Shown in pieces: positions 52,618 to 55,110 of a stretch of DNA of 55,110 nucleotides; positions within the stretch are counted from its first letter, which is position 1, and every line of letters begins with the position of its first letter. Source of the stretch: an uncultured Armatimonadetes bacterium (GTDB lineage Bacteria; Armatimonadota; Fimbriimonadia; Fimbriimonadales; Fimbriimonadaceae); the NCBI GenBank assembly GCA_937862825.1, contig CALMEF010000163.1, positions 1 to 55,110 of the forward strand. The letters run 5' to 3'. The position numbers and the translations under genes were made by a program. The notes beneath the pieces are model-generated. The model was not told the DNA's origin, did not search any database, and worked only from the letters and a program-made list of their open reading frames with translations.

Positions 52618-53073
52618 CTAGTAGCACAACTTCTTCCCGGAGGGAAGGCAGACCTTAGCCCCGGTGTCAAAGGACCCGGGGTACGAGGGCGAAGCCAAGC
52701 ACCCCGGAGGGCGTGCCAGAAGTTCACTCGAAGTATCGCTCGTCAGAATCATCGGCGCGATCGGAGTCGCGAAGATCACGTGACCATTGACATCAAGATA
52801 CGTGTGGGCCCAAGTGAAATCTGCACCCGGCCTGATCAATCCGCGGGTCTCCGAGTAGAGGCTAGGCTCTATCATCCCTTCGGGATGCGTTCGGACGATG
52901 CATGCGTTGGCTATGAATGCAACGGCCGCTTCCTTGAGATTGGACCCGCAACGCCTGCAAACAGCCGATCTTGCGCCCAATCGCGCAATGCTGACTAAGG
53001 AATCACTTTGAATCTGCCGAAACTCCACTTGGAGTAAGGGGCGGGCAAACCTAACTAGGAAGAGGTTCCGCAA
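52618..53073 (-). CDS. Questionable Cys-containing hypothetical ORF (true start probably internal)
   Basis: 151-aa ORF with CRRC near the N-terminus and C-terminal CLPSGKKLCY. Its annotated start lies 2 bp from the divergent TonB-receptor ATG, which is implausible. No family recognised. Confidence 0.3.
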   Translation of the reverse strand: MRNLFLVRFARPLLQVEFRQIQSDSLVSIARLGARSAVCRRCGSNLKEAAVAFIANACIVRTHPEGMIEPSLYSETRGLIRPGADFTWAHTYLDVNGHVIFATPIAPMILTSDTSSELLARPPGCLASPSYPGSFDTGAKVCLPSGKKLCY

Positions 53074-53075
53074 GC

Positions 53076-55057
53076 ATGAAACGACTTATAGCAGGGCTGG
53101 GCTCGGCAGCGATGGCGTCGTCATCGTTGGCCCAAAATGGGCAAGACCTAGGCTCAATGAGCATTGAAGACCTAATGAAGGTCCAGGTCACCACCGCCTC
53201 ACGTAGCAAACAATCCCTCGGCGATGTCCCGGCAGCGATTTTCGTGGTGAGCAAAGAGCAAATCCGCGCTTCTGGATTGAAGACCGTACCGGAAATGCTG
53301 CGGCTGGTTCCTGGCGTTCAGGTCAGCCAGATTGATGGCAACAAGTGGCAAATCAGCATTCGCGGATTTGGTGGACGATACTCCAACAAACTTCAGGTCC
53401 TCATCGATGGACGAAGTATTTACACTCCGCTCTATTCGGGAGTGGTCTGGGAAGCAAACCTTGTTCCGGTTGACGAGATTGAGCGGATTGAGGTCATTCG
53501 TGGTCCGGGCGGCGCCATCTGGGGGGCCAATGCGATTAACGGCATTGTCAACATCATCACCAACCCGCCGTTGCGACCGTCGGAACCACGGCCCATGGTG
53601 GATTTGGAATCGGTGATGTTGCTTCTGCCGGGGGTTCCACCAGCCAAGACCTGGGCAACGGCCTCACCTTACGTGTTCTCGCAGACTACAACAAATTTGC
53701 CGCAACCGATCGCGTCGGCGGGCAACGAAACTTCGACGGCTGGGAGAACCTGTCCACAAGCATCCGCACTGACTGGCAACGAGGCAAGGAGTCGGCCACA
53801 GTCACCGGTCGGTTGAGTCTGGGCTCCATGCGGCAGATCACTCCAGTGCCGAATTGGACGTCACCGTATCGCTCCGAATCAAACGACCCCTTCCGGCGAA
53901 ACGACTGGAGTCTGACGGGACGCTGGTCGCGGGAAAACGCAGATGGGGGCACGACCGATGTTCACCTCAGCACCACGCAGGTAGACGACGATACGCCCGA
54001 ACTTGGGATTCGGACCAGCGTGATTGATCTCGGCGTTCAACAAACACGAGTTACTGAGCGAACCAAGACGACGTTTGGGTTGAGTTTTCGGAACTATAGC
54101 GACCGACTTACGCCGACTCCGCTCATCGCCTTCACGCCTGGCAACAAGAGCGTGAATACCTATGGCGGATTCGCCCAAGTTGACCACAAGGTTCACGATT
54201 CGCTCCGGGTCACCGCTGGCGCCACCGTCGAACGCAACGAGTATTCAGGATGGGAGTTCCAGCCGAATGTTCGAGCCCTTTGGGGTCAGGGCGAGAGCCA
54301 AACATTCTGGGCTTCGGCCAGCCGGGCTGTACGAACGCCAAGCCGCGCAGACCACGATGTCCGCCTGCTCGCAGAAACGCGAGAAAACAATGGCCTGCCG
54401 GTGTTGGTCACGCTTAACGGCAACCCGAACTTCGAGTCCGAAACACTAGTCGCCTTTGAGATCGGCACCCGAATGAGAAAGTCTGCGTCAACGTTTGTGG
54501 ACGTCACGGCATTCTTGAATCTCTACGATAATCTGCGCACGTTCGAGGCCGGGACGCCGTTCATGGAGATGAATCCGACGCCGCACTTCGTCTCGCCCTA
54601 TTTCTTTGCGAACAACCTGAAAGCACAGACTGCGGGTTTGGAGGCAGTGGTTACGCACGAGCCAGACAATGTGACAAGGCTTGACTTTGCTGGTTCCCTT
54701 TTTACCGAGCGCTTTACTCTCAAAGCCGGTTCAACAGATCCTTACGGGACACGAGCGGGCGAGCGACAGGGCAACACTCCTCGATACCAGTTCAATCTTT
54801 CCGCAAGCAGGCAGTTTTCTCCAACCCTAACGGGAAGTCTGAACTTCATGCACCGTGGCGGCCTTGATGACCCTGGCATCCCGTCCTACAACCGTTTGGA
54901 TGCGAGACTTGCATGGAATCCAACCGCGTCGCTGGAGATATCGTTCGTCGGGAGAAACATCCTTGGCAAACTACACCAAGAAGCACCTGCGACCCTATTT
55001 GAAGCCCCATCACGACTTGGGCGAAGCATGGAGGTGCAAGCCCGGTGGCGATTCTAA
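53076..55057 (+). pseudogene. TonB-dependent outer-membrane receptor split by a single-nucleotide frameshift near 53561-53569
   Basis: ORF 53076-53816 carries the signal peptide and plug (DLMKVQVTTASRSKQSLGDVPAAIFVV, ..IEVIRGPGGAIWGANAINGIVNIITN). Barrel homology continues in the -1 frame from about 53564 (PAVATVGTTAHGGFG..LTLRVLADYNKF..) into ORF 53813-55057, which ends with the typical ..ARWRF. Confidence 0.8.
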
Positions 55058-55110
55058 CCAACAGGTTAAGCGTCCTTGTTGCGCTTGGGCTCTCACCGAC
55101 AGTCTGGGCC

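Noticed and set aside
52506-52998. ORFs 52506-52727 (-) and 52549-52998 (+)
   Set aside because: They have Arg/Pro/Ser/Gly-rich low-complexity translations, no start-site signals, and overlap each other. They are treated as noise.

Overview
This is a 55.1-kb chromosomal segment from a bacterium with GC content in the mid-50s % (judged by eye). It is densely coding, with about 60 protein genes and 2 tRNAs, and is mostly housekeeping. Recognisable content:
- moaC-moaA and the rpmH-rnpA-yidD-yidC-jag cluster.
- leuS, an mqnE-like futalosine-pathway radical-SAM gene, and an isolated nuoH-nuoJ-nuoK block.
- xerC/D, tdk and ruvC, the last translationally coupled to an iodotyrosine-deiodinase-like nitroreductase, followed by an MntR-like repressor.
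- A pth-uppP-wecB-wecA-like-dCMP deaminase run and a three-domain LigD.
- A TolC / membrane-fusion / MacB-type permease set, trpG/pabA, ccmA-ccmB, a GH31 glycosidase and S9-type peptidases.
- Many secreted or membrane hypotheticals whose domains (PSCyt1-like CxxCH modules, choice-of-anchor-B/LVIVD) suggest PVC, Armatimonadota or Acidobacteria. This placement is inference only.

I see no CRISPR array, transposase, prophage or recognisable defence island.

Observations most worth a second look:
1. A 56-codon two-helix ORF missed by the ORF track. Its only interruption is an in-frame TGA where a C-x4-C motif would have its second Cys, followed by a SECIS-like hairpin. It is either a candidate selenoprotein or a very recent pseudogene.
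2. A translationally coupled TPR-AAA+ ATPase and TPR-polytopic membrane protein pair, divergent from a secreted, membrane-anchored helical protein. This is an uncharacterised three-gene module.
3. An identical 12-mer, TTTTTGTCAACC, with a conserved 3' extension, upstream of three unrelated transcription units.
4. A TonB-dependent receptor split by a 1-nt frameshift.
5. Pathway fragments scattered away from their usual partners: nuoHJK without nuoI/L/M/N, ccmAB without ccmC-H, a MacB-type permease without an ATPase, an ABC ATPase without a permease, and LigD without Ku.

All family calls come from reading motifs by eye. No database search was possible.
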